From NCBI GenBank assembly GCA_038212275.1, contig JBBQUR010000007.1, positions 1 to 64,000 of the forward strand: 64,000 nucleotides of DNA, written 5' to 3'. The stretch is from Planctomycetota bacterium. Lineage in GTDB: Bacteria > Planctomycetota > B15-G4. A program made the position numbers and the translations under genes. A model generated the notes under the pieces. It had not been told where the DNA came from and made no database searches. It saw only the letters and a program-made list of their open reading frames with translations. Shown piece after piece: positions 33,781-44,500 of this stretch (its first letter is position 1; the number at the start of each line of letters is the position of its first letter).

Positions 33781-34473
33781 ATGCAGGTGCGCAACACGCG
33801 GCCGGAGGACTTCGCGCAGATCATCGCGATGTGCCGCCGTGTCTACCCGGACAGTCCGTCGTGGACGGAGGATCAGCTCGCGAGCCACGTGCGCATCTTC
33901 CCCGAGGGGCAGTTCGTGGCCGTGCGCGACGGGAGCATCGTGGGCATGGCCGCAAGCCTGATCGTGCTCTGGGACGACTACGAGATGGACACGTCGTGGC
34001 GCCACTTCACCGACCACGGCCTCTTCACGAATCACGATGCGGCGCACGGGCGCACGCTCTACGCGGCCGAGGTCATGGTGGATCCCTCGATCCAGGGTGG
34101 CGGCATCGGCAGCCGGCTCTACGCCGCGCGGCAGAAACTGGCGGAGCACCTCGGGCTGCTGCGCATCCGCGCCGGAGCGCGCTTGCGCGGCTACCACCGT
34201 CACGCGAACCGGCTGTCGGTCGAGGACTATCTCGAGCAGGTCGCGCGCGGGCAGCTCTACGATCCGACGCTCAGCTTCCAGCTCCGGCGCGGCTTCCGCG
34301 TGCTCGGTCCGATCCCCGGCTACCTGCGCCATGACCCGGAGAGCCTCGGCCACGCCGCGTGCATCGAATGGCTCAACGAGAGCGTCGCGACGCCGGCCGA
34401 TCGCGCGGCGGGCGAGCCCCGCTATCACGTGCCGTTCGTCCCGCCCGCGCGGCCGCGCAAGCCGTCACCGTAG
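33781..34473 (+). CDS. GNAT-family acetyltransferase (YkwB-like)
   Basis: FPEGQFVA, EVMVDP..QGGGIG..LY, DPTLSFQL; 2 nt after the hydrolase stop. Confidence 0.85.
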   Translation: MQVRNTRPEDFAQIIAMCRRVYPDSPSWTEDQLASHVRIFPEGQFVAVRDGSIVGMAASLIVLWDDYEMDTSWRHFTDHGLFTNHDAAHGRTLYAAEVMVDPSIQGGGIGSRLYAARQKLAEHLGLLRIRAGARLRGYHRHANRLSVEDYLEQVARGQLYDPTLSFQLRRGFRVLGPIPGYLRHDPESLGHAACIEWLNESVATPADRAAGEPRYHVPFVPPARPRKPSP

Positions 34474-34475
34474 GC

Positions 34476-35654
34476 ATGGACGGGGCGCTTCAGCACTACT
34501 CCTACCTGGGCCTGCTCTTCGCGCTCTTCGTGGTGCCGCGGGTCCTGCAGCGCTTCCGGATCCCGACGGCGATCACGAGCTTCGCCCTGGGTGCGCTCTG
34601 CTCGCTGCAGCTCGGGTACTTCCTCGAGGATCAGACGGTCAAGCTGCTGGCCACGCTGGGCATCGTCTCGCTCTTCCTCTTCGCAGGGCTGGACGTCGAA
34701 CTCCGCGAGCTGCGCGAGCACGCGGCCGTGCTGCTCCAGCACGTGGGCATCCAGGTGGCCAGCCTGGCGCTCCTGGCGATCGGACTCGTGTGGCAGTTCC
34801 AGCTTCCGAACCAGCAGGCCACGCTCATCGCGCTGGCCCTGCTCACCCCGTCCACGGGCTTCATCCTCGACACCATCGACAGCTTCGGCCTGCCCGAGAA
34901 GGTCCGCTTCTGGATCAAGTCCAAGGCGATCGCCACGGAACTCGTGGCGCTCGGCGTGCTCTTCGTGACGCTGCAGTCGAGCTCGGCCCGGATGCTGGGC
35001 TTCTCCTCGATCATCCTCGTCGCGATGCTCGTCTTCGTCCCGGTCGTGTTCCGCGTGTTCGCCGTCGTGGTGATGCCGCACGCGCCCAAGTCCGAATTCG
35101 CCTTCCTGCTCATGGTGGCCGTGGCGTGCGGCGTCATCACGCACGAGCTCGGCGTGTACTACCTCGTCGGCGCGTTCATCGTCGGCATGTCCGCCCAGCG
35201 GCTGCGCAAGGGCATCCCGACGCTGGCCTCGGAAAAGATGCTGTCCTCCGTCGAGGCCTTCGCCTCGCTTTTCGTGCCCTTCTACTTCTTCAATGCCGGC
35301 ATGGAGCTCCGCGCGGGCGACTTCAGCCTTGCCGCACTGGGCATCGGCCTGCTGTTCTGCGTCGTCGGCATCTCGATGCGCCTCGTCCCGAACTGGCTGC
35401 ACCACCGGCTCGTCTTCGGCGAGGGGCTGCGCGAAAGCCTGCTCGTCGGCGCGCCGATGCTGCCCACGCTGGTGTTCACGCTGGTCATCGCCGGGATCCT
35501 CCGCGAGCGCTTCTCGATCGGCTCGCATCTCTACGGAGGCCTGGTCATCTACGCGATCCTGAACTCGCTCATCCCCGGGCTGCTCCTGCGCATGCGGCTC
35601 CCCGAGGTGGAGGACGAGCTGCTTCAGGAGAGCCCCGTCCCACCCGTGGCCTGA
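34476..35654 (+). CDS. Cation:proton antiporter (CPA2-like)
   Basis: Polytopic membrane protein; LFLFAGLDV, LLTPSTG, LVGAFIVG, FVPFYFF..G. Confidence 0.75.
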   Translation: MDGALQHYSYLGLLFALFVVPRVLQRFRIPTAITSFALGALCSLQLGYFLEDQTVKLLATLGIVSLFLFAGLDVELRELREHAAVLLQHVGIQVASLALLAIGLVWQFQLPNQQATLIALALLTPSTGFILDTIDSFGLPEKVRFWIKSKAIATELVALGVLFVTLQSSSARMLGFSSIILVAMLVFVPVVFRVFAVVVMPHAPKSEFAFLLMVAVACGVITHELGVYYLVGAFIVGMSAQRLRKGIPTLASEKMLSSVEAFASLFVPFYFFNAGMELRAGDFSLAALGIGLLFCVVGISMRLVPNWLHHRLVFGEGLRESLLVGAPMLPTLVFTLVIAGILRERFSIGSHLYGGLVIYAILNSLIPGLLLRMRLPEVEDELLQESPVPPVA

Positions 35655-35670
35655 GGGGCGGCGCACGGCG

Positions 35671-35766
35671 GCCGGCTCGCACGCCGTGGCCGGCTCGCAC
35701 GCCGTGGCCGGCTCGCACGCCGTAGCCGGCTCGTGCGCGACGGCCGGCTCGTGCGCGACGGCCGGC
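35671..35766 (+). repeat. 18-bp minisatellite: GCCGGCTCGCACGCCGT(G/A) x3 then GCCGGCTCGTGCGCGACG x2
   Basis: Five contiguous 18-bp units of two variants, seen directly. Confidence 0.9.
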
Positions 35767-35866
35767 CGGAGCGATCCGCTAGACTGCGCCCCGCACGGAC
35801 CGGCGACGCCTGGCGCACAGCATCCACGGGCGGCTCGCGATCACCGACCACCCCACGGACCACGGC

Positions 35867-38770
35867 ATGCACCTGGGAGGCAACGAGCCCGCGACGGGCG
35901 CCGGGCCGCAGGGCCAGTCCTCGCTCGCCGACCTGGTGGCGAAGGCGCTCGAGCATCTCGAGCGGGACGGCCCGGACGCACTCGAGGCACTGTGTCGCGA
36001 GCACCCCGCCCGGGCTGCGGCGCTGCGTGCACGCGTCCAGCAGCTGCGCGCGATCGGCTTCGTCGGCGCGCCGTCGACGGATGCGCCGCTGCCCGAACGC
36101 ATCGGCGGCTTCCGCATCCTCTCACGCCTCGGCGGCGGCGGCATGGGCGTGGTCTTCCTCGCGGAGCAGGAAGGACTCGGACGCCAGGTCGCGCTGAAGC
36201 TCGTGCGCCCCGACCTGCTGTATTTCCCCGGCGCGCGGGAGCGCTTCGCGCGCGAAGTCGAGGCCGTGGCGCGGCTCGCGCACCCCGGCATCGTGCCCGT
36301 CTTCGCGGGCGGCGAGGACAACGGCATCCCGTACTACGCGATGGAGCGCGTGCGCGGCGCCTCGCTCGAGGAAGTGCTGGCCTCGCTCGCGGGCCGCGAT
36401 CCGTCGCAGCTCTCGGGAGCGGACCTCCGGCGAGCGGTCGAGCAGCTCGTCGCCGCGCGCGAGGCGCCGCGCAAGGCCTCGCGCGGCGAAAGCCGGCACA
36501 GCGGAGCCGGCGAACTGCTCTTCGCCGGATCCTGGAGCTCCGCCTGCCTGCGCATCGCGCGCGCCGTGGCGCTGGCCCTGCAGCACGCGCACGAGTGCGG
36601 CGTGCTGCACCGCGACATCAAGCCCAGCAACATCATGCTCACGCCCGATGGCCGCGTGCTGCTGCTGGACTTCGGCCTGGCCACCGCGGAGGGCAGCGAG
36701 CGGCTCACCGGCACCGGCGCGCAGCTGGGTTCGCTGGCCTGGATGTCCCCCGAGCAGGTGCGCGGCGAGCACGCCACGCTGGACGGCCGCACCGACGTCT
36801 ACTCGCTGGGCGCCACGCTCTACGAGTAGACGTCGGTGCGTTCACCCTTCACGGGCGGCGACGCGGAGACCACGCGCCAGCGCATCCTCGACGGCCGGTT
36901 GATCCCGCTGCGCGACCTCAACTCCGCCGTGCCGCGCGACGCGGAAACCGTATGCCAGCGCGCGATGGACCGCGAGCGCGAGCGGCGCTACGCCGGCGCC
37001 CTCGCCTTTGCCGACGATCTCGACAACGCGCTGCAGCTGCGGCCGGTGCTCGCGCGGCGTCCCGGCGCGGCGCTGAAGCTGCGCCGCTGGGCGCAGCGGC
37101 ATCCGACGGCGAGCCTGGGCCTCGTCGCCGGCCTGCTGCTGTTCGTCGGCGGGCCGCTGGCCTACGCGTGGCAGCAGCATCAGGCCCGGCTGCAGATCAC
37201 CGCGGCCTACGACGAGGCCGACGCTCAGCGCACGCGCGCCGAGGCCAACTTCTCGCGCGCCCAGCAGGCCGTGGACGTGCTGCTCACGCAGGTCGCGGAG
37301 GAAGACCTGCTGGCCGTGCCCCACCTGGAGCCCGTCCGCCGCCGGCTGCTCGAGAGCGCGCTGTCCTTCTACGAGGACTTCCTCGCCGAGCGCGCCGACG
37401 ACCCGGCCATGAAGCGCCTCGTCGCGCGAGCCAACGATCGCTGCGGCTACCTGCTCATGGAACTCGGGCGCAACACGGAGGTGTGCCAGGTCTACGAGCG
37501 TCAGGCGGCTCTTGCGCGCGAACTCCTCGTCCTCTCGCCGGACGACGGTGAGCTGCTGGATCTCCTCGGCAACGCGGAGGCCGGCCGCGCCTTCACGCTG
37601 CATGAGCTGGGCCGGCTGGACGAAGCCGTCACGGCCAGTGCGGAGGGCCTGCGCGTACGGCGCGAACGCGTCCTCCTCTTCCCGGACGACTGGGGCGCGC
37701 TGCGCGACGTGGACGAGTCGCTCGGGCAGCGGTCGGCCCTGCAGTCCTCCCTCGGCAACGCCGACGCGGCGGTCGACGCGGACCGGGAATCGGTGAGCTG
37801 GAACGAGTCGGTCCGGCACCATGCCGGCACGCCCGAGCAGGAGCTTCAGGGCCTCGCGAGCCTGGTCACGTCGCTCGGAAACCTGGCCGTGCACCTCAAG
37901 CAGTCGGGCCACGAGGACGAGGCCGCCGAGGTGATCGACCGCGGCATCGAGCTCTCCGCGCCGCATCTCGAGCAACTGGCCACCGACCCGCAGCAGGCGC
38001 TCGGCGCTGCCAACGTGCGCATGATCCGCCTGCGAGACGACGCTGCGGGCGCGAACGAGGCGCGCCTGCTCGACGCGATCGCCATCCTCGACCTCTCGCT
38101 CGAGCACTCGCCGCAACACGTGGTGCTGCGCCGCATGCAGGCCAGCGCCTGGAACAACCTGGGCACCCTGCTGCTGGACGAACCGGATCGCAGGGAAGAA
38201 GCGCGAGCCGCGCTGCAGCACGCCATCGACGCCCTCCGACTCCTCGTGGCGGACTGTCCCGAGGTCCCGGGACTTGCGAGCAACCTTGCCGGCAGCCTGG
38301 TGAACCTCGGCTCCATCACGCGGGACGACGGGGACGCCGATGCCGCACGCATTCTCTTCGAGGAAGCGGTCGCACGCGCGATCCCCGCGATCGAAAGCCT
38401 TCCCGATGACCCGGCCTCGCGCTCCGCGCTGTTCAACTCGGCCTGGTATCTGGCGCTGACCAGCCTGCAGCTGAACGACGCCGAGGGCTGCGTCGACGCG
38501 GCGGACGAGATCGTGCGACGGCTGCCGGACGATGCCAAGGCGCTGCGGGTCGCGGCCGGCCTGCTCGCACGCGCGGCGGCGGCCGGCTCGCCGGAGGCAG
38601 CGCCTGACCGGCTCGCACGCAGCATGGCCGCCCTGCGCATGGCCATCGCCGCAGGCTGGACGGACACCGCCGATCTCGATCACGCGAACGATTTCGTCGA
38701 GTTGCGCGCCCTGCCGGAGTTCGCGGAAGCGCGCGCTGCCGCAGCAGCCGGAGTTCCGGCCCTGCCCTGA
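35867..38770 (+). pseudogene. Hanks-type Ser/Thr kinase with TM helix and TPR-like region, interrupted by in-frame TAG (36827-36829)
   Basis: GGGGMGVV, ALK, HRDIKPSN, DFGLA, MSPE, DVYSLGATLYE*; the same frame continues ...RSPF...RRY, then a TM segment and helical repeats. Confidence 0.8.
36788..36840. repeat. Perfect 18-bp inverted repeat with 17-nt spacer
   Basis: CGCACCGACGTCTACTCG (36788-36805) and CGAGTAGACGTCGGTGCG (36823-36840). Confidence 0.95.
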
Positions 38771-38797
38771 GTTCCTGCGCGCGCCGCGGACGCGGGC

Positions 38798-39556
38798 TCA
38801 GTGCAGCAGGCGGTACGCGAACCTGCCGACCCATTCGTGCGTGGCCAGGCTCGTGTCGCGCAGGCCGGACCAGTGCGGCAGCAGGCTGGCCCAGCCATCG
38901 AAGGGCGGCGGCCGGAAGCCCGTGGGCGCCGGCACCACGTCCAGGCCCTGCGCCACGAAACTCTCCACGGCGCGCGGCAGGTGCCAGGCGCTGCTGACCA
39001 GCAGGATGCGCTGCACCCCGTCCGCGCGCAGCATCCGCGCCGAGAACTCCGCGTTCTCCCACGTGTCCGTGGAGCGGTCCTCGACCCAGCGCACCGGCAC
39101 GCCGAGCTCGTTGCGGCACAGGTCGGCCATCATGCCGGCAAGAGGCGGAAGATCGGTGCCGGGCACGCCGCCGCTCACCAGCAGCGGCAGGCCGGTGCGT
39201 CGCTGCAGCGAAGCCGCGTAGCGCACGCGCTGCAGCGTCATCGGGCCGACGGTGGCGCCGCCGTACTCGCCGCCGGTGCGGTCGGCCTCGGCGCTCAGCA
39301 CGACGATGGCCTGCGCGTCCGGCAACGCGCCGTCGGCGGGCAGCGCCGGCGACGTCTGCAGCGTGTGCAGCAGCGCCTTGCCGACGAAGGGCGTGGAGGC
39401 GCACCACAGCAGCAGCAGCGCACCGACCTGCAGCGCGCGCCCGAGTCGCGGCCACGAGACACGCGCCGAACGTCGGCGCAGCAGCGTGCCGATCAGCCAC
39501 AGACACAGCGCCGATGCCGGCGGCAGCAGCAGGGTCTCGAGCACGCGGTGCAGCAT
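38798..39556 (-). CDS. YdcF/ElyC (DUF218) family protein
   Basis: AIVVL, LLVSGG, EDRSTDTWENA, LVSSAWHLPRA, HEWVG. Confidence 0.88.
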   Translation of the reverse strand: MLHRVLETLLLPPASALCLWLIGTLLRRRSARVSWPRLGRALQVGALLLLWCASTPFVGKALLHTLQTSPALPADGALPDAQAIVVLSAEADRTGGEYGGATVGPMTLQRVRYAASLQRRTGLPLLVSGGVPGTDLPPLAGMMADLCRNELGVPVRWVEDRSTDTWENAEFSARMLRADGVQRILLVSSAWHLPRAVESFVAQGLDVVPAPTGFRPPPFDGWASLLPHWSGLRDTSLATHEWVGRFAYRLLH

Positions 39557-39665
39557 GCCGGCAGCATACGGGCGCGGCGCGACGCGACGCAGTGACCGTG
39601 CAGACCGGCCGGCGCGCTCCCGGGCAGGCCGCGCCAGCGCGCCAGCGTGTGAGCGAGTCAGCGCG

Positions 39666-41243
39666 TCAGGGCGTCAGCGCCGACAGTCCGTTGGAGCTGA
39701 TGAAGCCCGTGGGCGACGCGGGCACCATGAACCACATCTGGTGAAAGATGTTGAGGCCCGACGGCACGCCGCTGGGGAAGTTGAGCGAGAACTCCAGCGT
39801 GCCCGTGCCGGAGGTCTGGTAGCCCGTGACCACGATGTCGGGCGACGGCACCATCGTGCCGCCCTTGAACGGCGCGAAGATCGTGTTGAGTCCCGCGACG
39901 AGGAAGCCCGACGTGGTGGCCGGCCCCGTCAGCACGTCGTACGTGGTCAGGGTCGCGGGCGCCAGCGTGCCGCTGCCCTTGAGGCGCGGCGTCGCGCTGG
40001 TCGGGTAGTAGGCGAGGCCCATGTCCTTCCAGGTGCGGCCGCGATTGCGGTAGATGAAGTCGTCGCCGCCGAGCGTGTTGGCGAAGAGGACCTCGGGAAA
40101 GGAGTCCTTGTCGAGATCGGCCACCGCCACGTCGCGCGAGTTGCCGCCCGCATTGGGGATGTCGCCGTAGTCGATGTTGGTGAAGGTGCCGTCGCCGTTG
40201 TTGATGTAGAAGAAGTTGTTGGCGACGCGATTGGCCACGAGCAGGTCGAGGTCCCCGTCGCGATCGAGATCGCCCCACGCCGAGCGATAGCAGTCGCTGG
40301 CTCCCTGCGACGGCGCAAGCGCGAGCATAGGCTGGAAGTGGGCCGTGCCGTCGTTGCGGTACAGGATGTTTCCCTGGAAGAAGCGGCGCGAAACGAAGAG
40401 GTCGAGGTCGCCGTCCTTGTCGTAGTCGGCCAGCGACACGCCGTAGGTCTCGCCCACGGCATCCGCCGCAGGGTCGTTGGTGAGCCGCAGGAAGGTGCCT
40501 TCCGTGCCGCCCTGCGTTCCGCCCTGATTGATGTAGATGAAGTTCTGCTCGTTCTCGCTGTTCGCGACGACGATGTCGGTGTCGCCGTCGTTGTCGAGGT
40601 CGCCGACCGCGACGTCGCGCGACGTGCCCGGGTCCGTCACGAAGGGCCCCGTGGTCACCTCCGTGAAGTTGCCGGTGCCATCGTTGAGATACATCGTGTT
40701 GGTCTGCAGCCGGTTCACGAAGATCAGGTCGAGGTCGCCGTCGCCCTCGGTGTCGATCCACGCGACGGCGTAGGTCTCGCCCATCGCGCTTGGGATCGGC
40801 CCGGTGGTGATCTTCTGGAAGCGCCCGGGGCTGCCGCCCGACGTCGAGCCGGCATTCCTGAAGACCTCGTTCGGCGTGCCGGGCCCGTTCGGCGGCGGCA
40901 TGAGGCTGCCGTTGGCGACGGCGAGGTCCAGATCACCGTCGCCGTCCATGTCGCCCCACGCGGCGTCGTAGGAATACTGCGGCGTCGAGGTCAGGTTGGA
41001 GGGCGGAATGATCGTGAAGTTGCCGAAGCCGTCGTTGCGATACGCCACGCTGATCTGCCCGAAGTTCGCGGCGAACAGATCCATGTCGCCGTCGTTGTCG
41101 AAGTCGCCCGGGACCAGGCTGCGCGTCTCCATGCCGTCCATGGAAATCGGCGATGCCGGTTCACTGAACAGGACCGGGTAGTTCTGCGCGGAAGCCGCGC
41201 CGAAAACCCCAAACCAGACAACCCAAAAGTGTGGAGTGCGCAT
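39666..41243 (-). CDS. Secreted FG-GAP/VCBS-repeat protein with C-terminal FKGG module
   Basis: Seven D-x-D-x-D-G/S-D-x-D-type blades; GAGGTG RBS; signal peptide ASA|Q; module at 39666-40031. Confidence 0.88.
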   Translation of the reverse strand: MRTPHFWVVWFGVFGAASAQNYPVLFSEPASPISMDGMETRSLVPGDFDNDGDMDLFAANFGQISVAYRNDGFGNFTIIPPSNLTSTPQYSYDAAWGDMDGDGDLDLAVANGSLMPPPNGPGTPNEVFRNAGSTSGGSPGRFQKITTGPIPSAMGETYAVAWIDTEGDGDLDLIFVNRLQTNTMYLNDGTGNFTEVTTGPFVTDPGTSRDVAVGDLDNDGDTDIVVANSENEQNFIYINQGGTQGGTEGTFLRLTNDPAADAVGETYGVSLADYDKDGDLDLFVSRRFFQGNILYRNDGTAHFQPMLALAPSQGASDCYRSAWGDLDRDGDLDLLVANRVANNFFYINNGDGTFTNIDYGDIPNAGGNSRDVAVADLDKDSFPEVLFANTLGGDDFIYRNRGRTWKDMGLAYYPTSATPRLKGSGTLAPATLTTYDVLTGPATTSGFLVAGLNTIFAPFKGGTMVPSPDIVVTGYQTSGTGTLEFSLNFPSGVPSGLNIFHQMWFMVPASPTGFISSNGLSALTP

Positions 41244-41502
41244 GTTCAATCACCTCACGACGGGCCGGAATCAAACCACTGGCCGCTCAGGGCGCACCGC
41301 GATCCCGCGCCATGCAGAGTAGCCGCCTCGAAGGCATCAGGCGCCAGAAAGCCTCTGAATTCAAGGTGGGCGACTCAACCGGTCAGCGCGGGACATGTTG
41401 CTGCCCGTCCATGTGAAGCGGCAACGGATTCAGGCGCCGGAAGCCCCGAGCCTGTCGCGCGGCGCCGTCGGAACAGCCGGGTGCGACCGACGGACGGGCC
41501 GC

Positions 41503-44500
41503 CTACTCGATGATCTCGCGCAGCTCCACCCGCCGGAACTCGATGGGCGCGCCCTCGCTCTGCAGGGCAATGCCGCCAGGCAGCTCGGCGCACCAGTGCG
41601 CACGGTTCTGCACCTGCCCGTTGACCTCCAGGGCGAGGTCGCCGTCGCGCAGCGTGATGCGGTAGGTGTTCCACTCGCCGAGCGGGCGCTCGCTGGACGG
41701 CAGCAGTTTCACGGTGCGCCGGCCGCTCGTGCGCGCCGCGTCGGCAACCATCGGGAAGTCGCCGATGTTCCAGATGTCGCCCGCGTCGCCGCTGTTGAGC
41801 TGGCACTCGATGCTGCGCGGCCAGACCTCGTCGGGCGACTGCACGCGCAGCAGGGCGCCGCTGTTGCCGGGCCTCGCAGGATCGGGGAAGCGCCACTCGA
41901 CGGTCAGTTCGAAACTGGTGAACGCACGCTGCGTGCGGATGTAGCCGACGGGTTGGCCTTCGTCGTGGAGCACCGCGGCGCCATCCACGGTGCGCACGGA
42001 CCACGCGGAGGTGTTCGGCACCGCGTCCCAGCCGGCGAGATTCGCGCCGTTCCACAGCGTGACGGGCGGGCCGAAGCGCGGCGGCGCATCGGGATCGTGC
42101 GCGAGGAAGGCGCACAGGTCGGCGAGCTGCTGCGGCGAGAGCCCGCGCGCGATGTCCTGTGGCATGAGCGACAGCTTGCTCGCGCGGCGCTCGACGATGT
42201 CCGCGGCGTCGAACGCGTGGCGCGCGCCGGTGCCGTCCTTCAACAGCACGGTCGCGCCGTCGGCCTGGAGCAGGCCGGCGAGCATGCGGCCGTCGCGCAG
42301 GGTGAGCGTCACGCTCTCGAAGCCGGCGCCGATCGCCGCGCTCGGATTGAGGATCGCGTCAAGCAGCTCGGCGCGGCCGAGCTTGGTGCGGATCGCGGTG
42401 AGCTCAGGGCCCACGTCACCGCCGCGGCCGGACATCGCGTGGCAACTGCTGCAGCGTGCCTCGCCGAAGAACAGCGCCGCGCCGGCGCGGCGGTCGCCCG
42501 GCAGCGCCACCAGCTCCGACATCGGCGGCAGAGCCGGCAGGTCGGGCCGCGTGAAGTGCTCGCTGGCCAGCGCACGCACGCCGAGATCCGGGTTGGTGAA
42601 GATCGCGGCCGCAATCGCGTCGAGCAGCTCGGCGCGCGCCTCGTCGGGCGCGAGCGCGTCGAGCCGCCCCGCCGCCGCCTCCGCGAGCAGCTGCGCGCCG
42701 CCCTGCGGATCGGCGGCGAGCTTCTCGGCGGCCGTGATGCGCGCCCCGAGATCCGCGCCCGGCGTGCGCAGCGTCTCGAGCAGCGCGGCTCGTTGCGCGA
42801 CCTCCGCGGCCGCCGCCGCTTCCGCCACCGCGGCGCGATCCGCGTAGACGATGAACTCCACCTTGGTCGGTGCGCCCGGCTGCTGCGTGCCGCCGTCGTC
42901 GAGCGCCGCCGTCACGGACAGTCGCGCCGCGCCTTCCGGCACCGCGAAGCTGATCTCGCTGGGCGCGTGCGTGCCGAAGCCCTCGCTGTACGCGACGCCG
43001 TCCACCGCGAGCGGCCCGCCGTCGCAGTTCGCGCCGACATGCACGCTGCCCCACCCCGCGCTCGCCGACAGCGGCGCCGGCGCGCCGGCCACCGCGAGGC
43101 GGATGTCGTGTGGTGAGGCGGGCGCGCTCGTCACGCCGGTGAAGCGCGGTGCGAGCCAATCGGCCCAGTCGGCGCCATTGCCGTTGTCGGCGGGCGTGGC
43201 GACGAGGGCGACGCGGCGCGAGCCGGAGATGTCCACGTCCACCGGCAGGCTGCCGCCCGTGACGGGGCCGCTGCGCCAGACGATCTGCGCGTCGGTCCAC
43301 GCCTCCGCAGTCTGCAGGTGCCGCGCGAGATCGTAGGCGCGCCAGTCGGCGGCGTCGTTGTGCCGCACCCAGAACGCCGCAACTTCGCGCGTGTCCGCCG
43401 GCCCGGCGAGCGCCAGCGTGAGCATGCCCTCCGCGGCTTCGCGCGAGCGGCAGAAGGCCAGCGCAGTCAGCGACTCCTCGCGTGCCGCGCGATCGAGTCG
43501 CTCCGAGCCAGCGCGCGTGGCGAAGGCCGGCACGAGAGACTCCGTGTGGAGTTGGCAGGCCAGCCGGGCGCGCATGCCCGACCACTGCAGCGGTTCGTCG
43601 AGTTCCTCCCCGGCCTGGCTGCGCCAGTCCGCCACGAACTCATCCCCCTTGCCTTCCCATGCGAGCCAGCCGAAGTGGCCCAACTGGAACGCCCGGAAGA
43701 GCCCGGCGTGCGCGGCGAACGGCGCGCCCCGCAGCGCACTCGCCAGCACCGGATCCAACTCCGGGAAACCCGCGAAGAGGTCTTCGGGCACCAGGTCTTC
43801 GATGTCCGCGCCCCTGGTGAGCGCCGCCCGCGCCCACGCACTGGCCGCGTGCCAATCCCGGTCCGCGCCGGCCGGACGCGGCGGCACGCGCGGCGAGTGG
43901 TCGGCGGCCGCACGCGCCCAGATGAGCCGCGCACCGAGGGCGGAGTCGGGCGCTTCCGCAGCGCACCGCGCATCGATGGCGTCCAGCCCGTCCGCGTCCA
44001 CGTCGGCGAGAGCGGCCCAGCCCTGCGCACGGACGGACATCGAGGGACTGCCCAGCGCGTCGAGTGCCTGCGCGAGATCTGCCGGTGGCGAGGCCTGCGC
44101 GCCGAGCGTCTTTCCGCTGCCCGTGGCCGAGACGCGCAGCAGCCGGCCGTAGGCCTCGCGATCTCCCGCCATGTGGCCGCCCACGCCCGGATCGAACCAG
44201 TCCGCGACGAGCACCGAGCCATCCGGCGCCACGCACACATCGCTCGGGCGGAAGAGCCGCCAAGTCTCGTCGCCTTCGTGCGACGGTCTGCTGACCAGCA
44301 ATCCCGTCAACTGCCTGCCGTAGGGTGTCAGGCCGTTGACGGGCGGTGCGGCGTCGACGGGCCAGAGGAACACGCCTTGGCTGCGATCCGGCGCCTGCTT
44401 GAGCGCGAACACGCAGTTGCGTCCCGCGTCCGCGCAGAACAGCGCGCCGCGCAGCGGCTCCGGCAGCGCGTCACCTTCGTACACGCACACGCCCGTCGGG

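Noticed and set aside
35671..35766. Possible CRISPR array
   Set aside because: Contiguous 18-bp units with no unique spacers, and no cas genes.
36827..36829. Pyrrolysine or TAG reassignment
   Set aside because: No pyl genes are seen, TAG ends many normal genes here, and the inverted repeat explains the codon.
36788..36840. Invertible phase-variation switch
   Set aside because: The spacer is only 17 nt, inverting it would not remove the TAG, and no recombinase is nearby.
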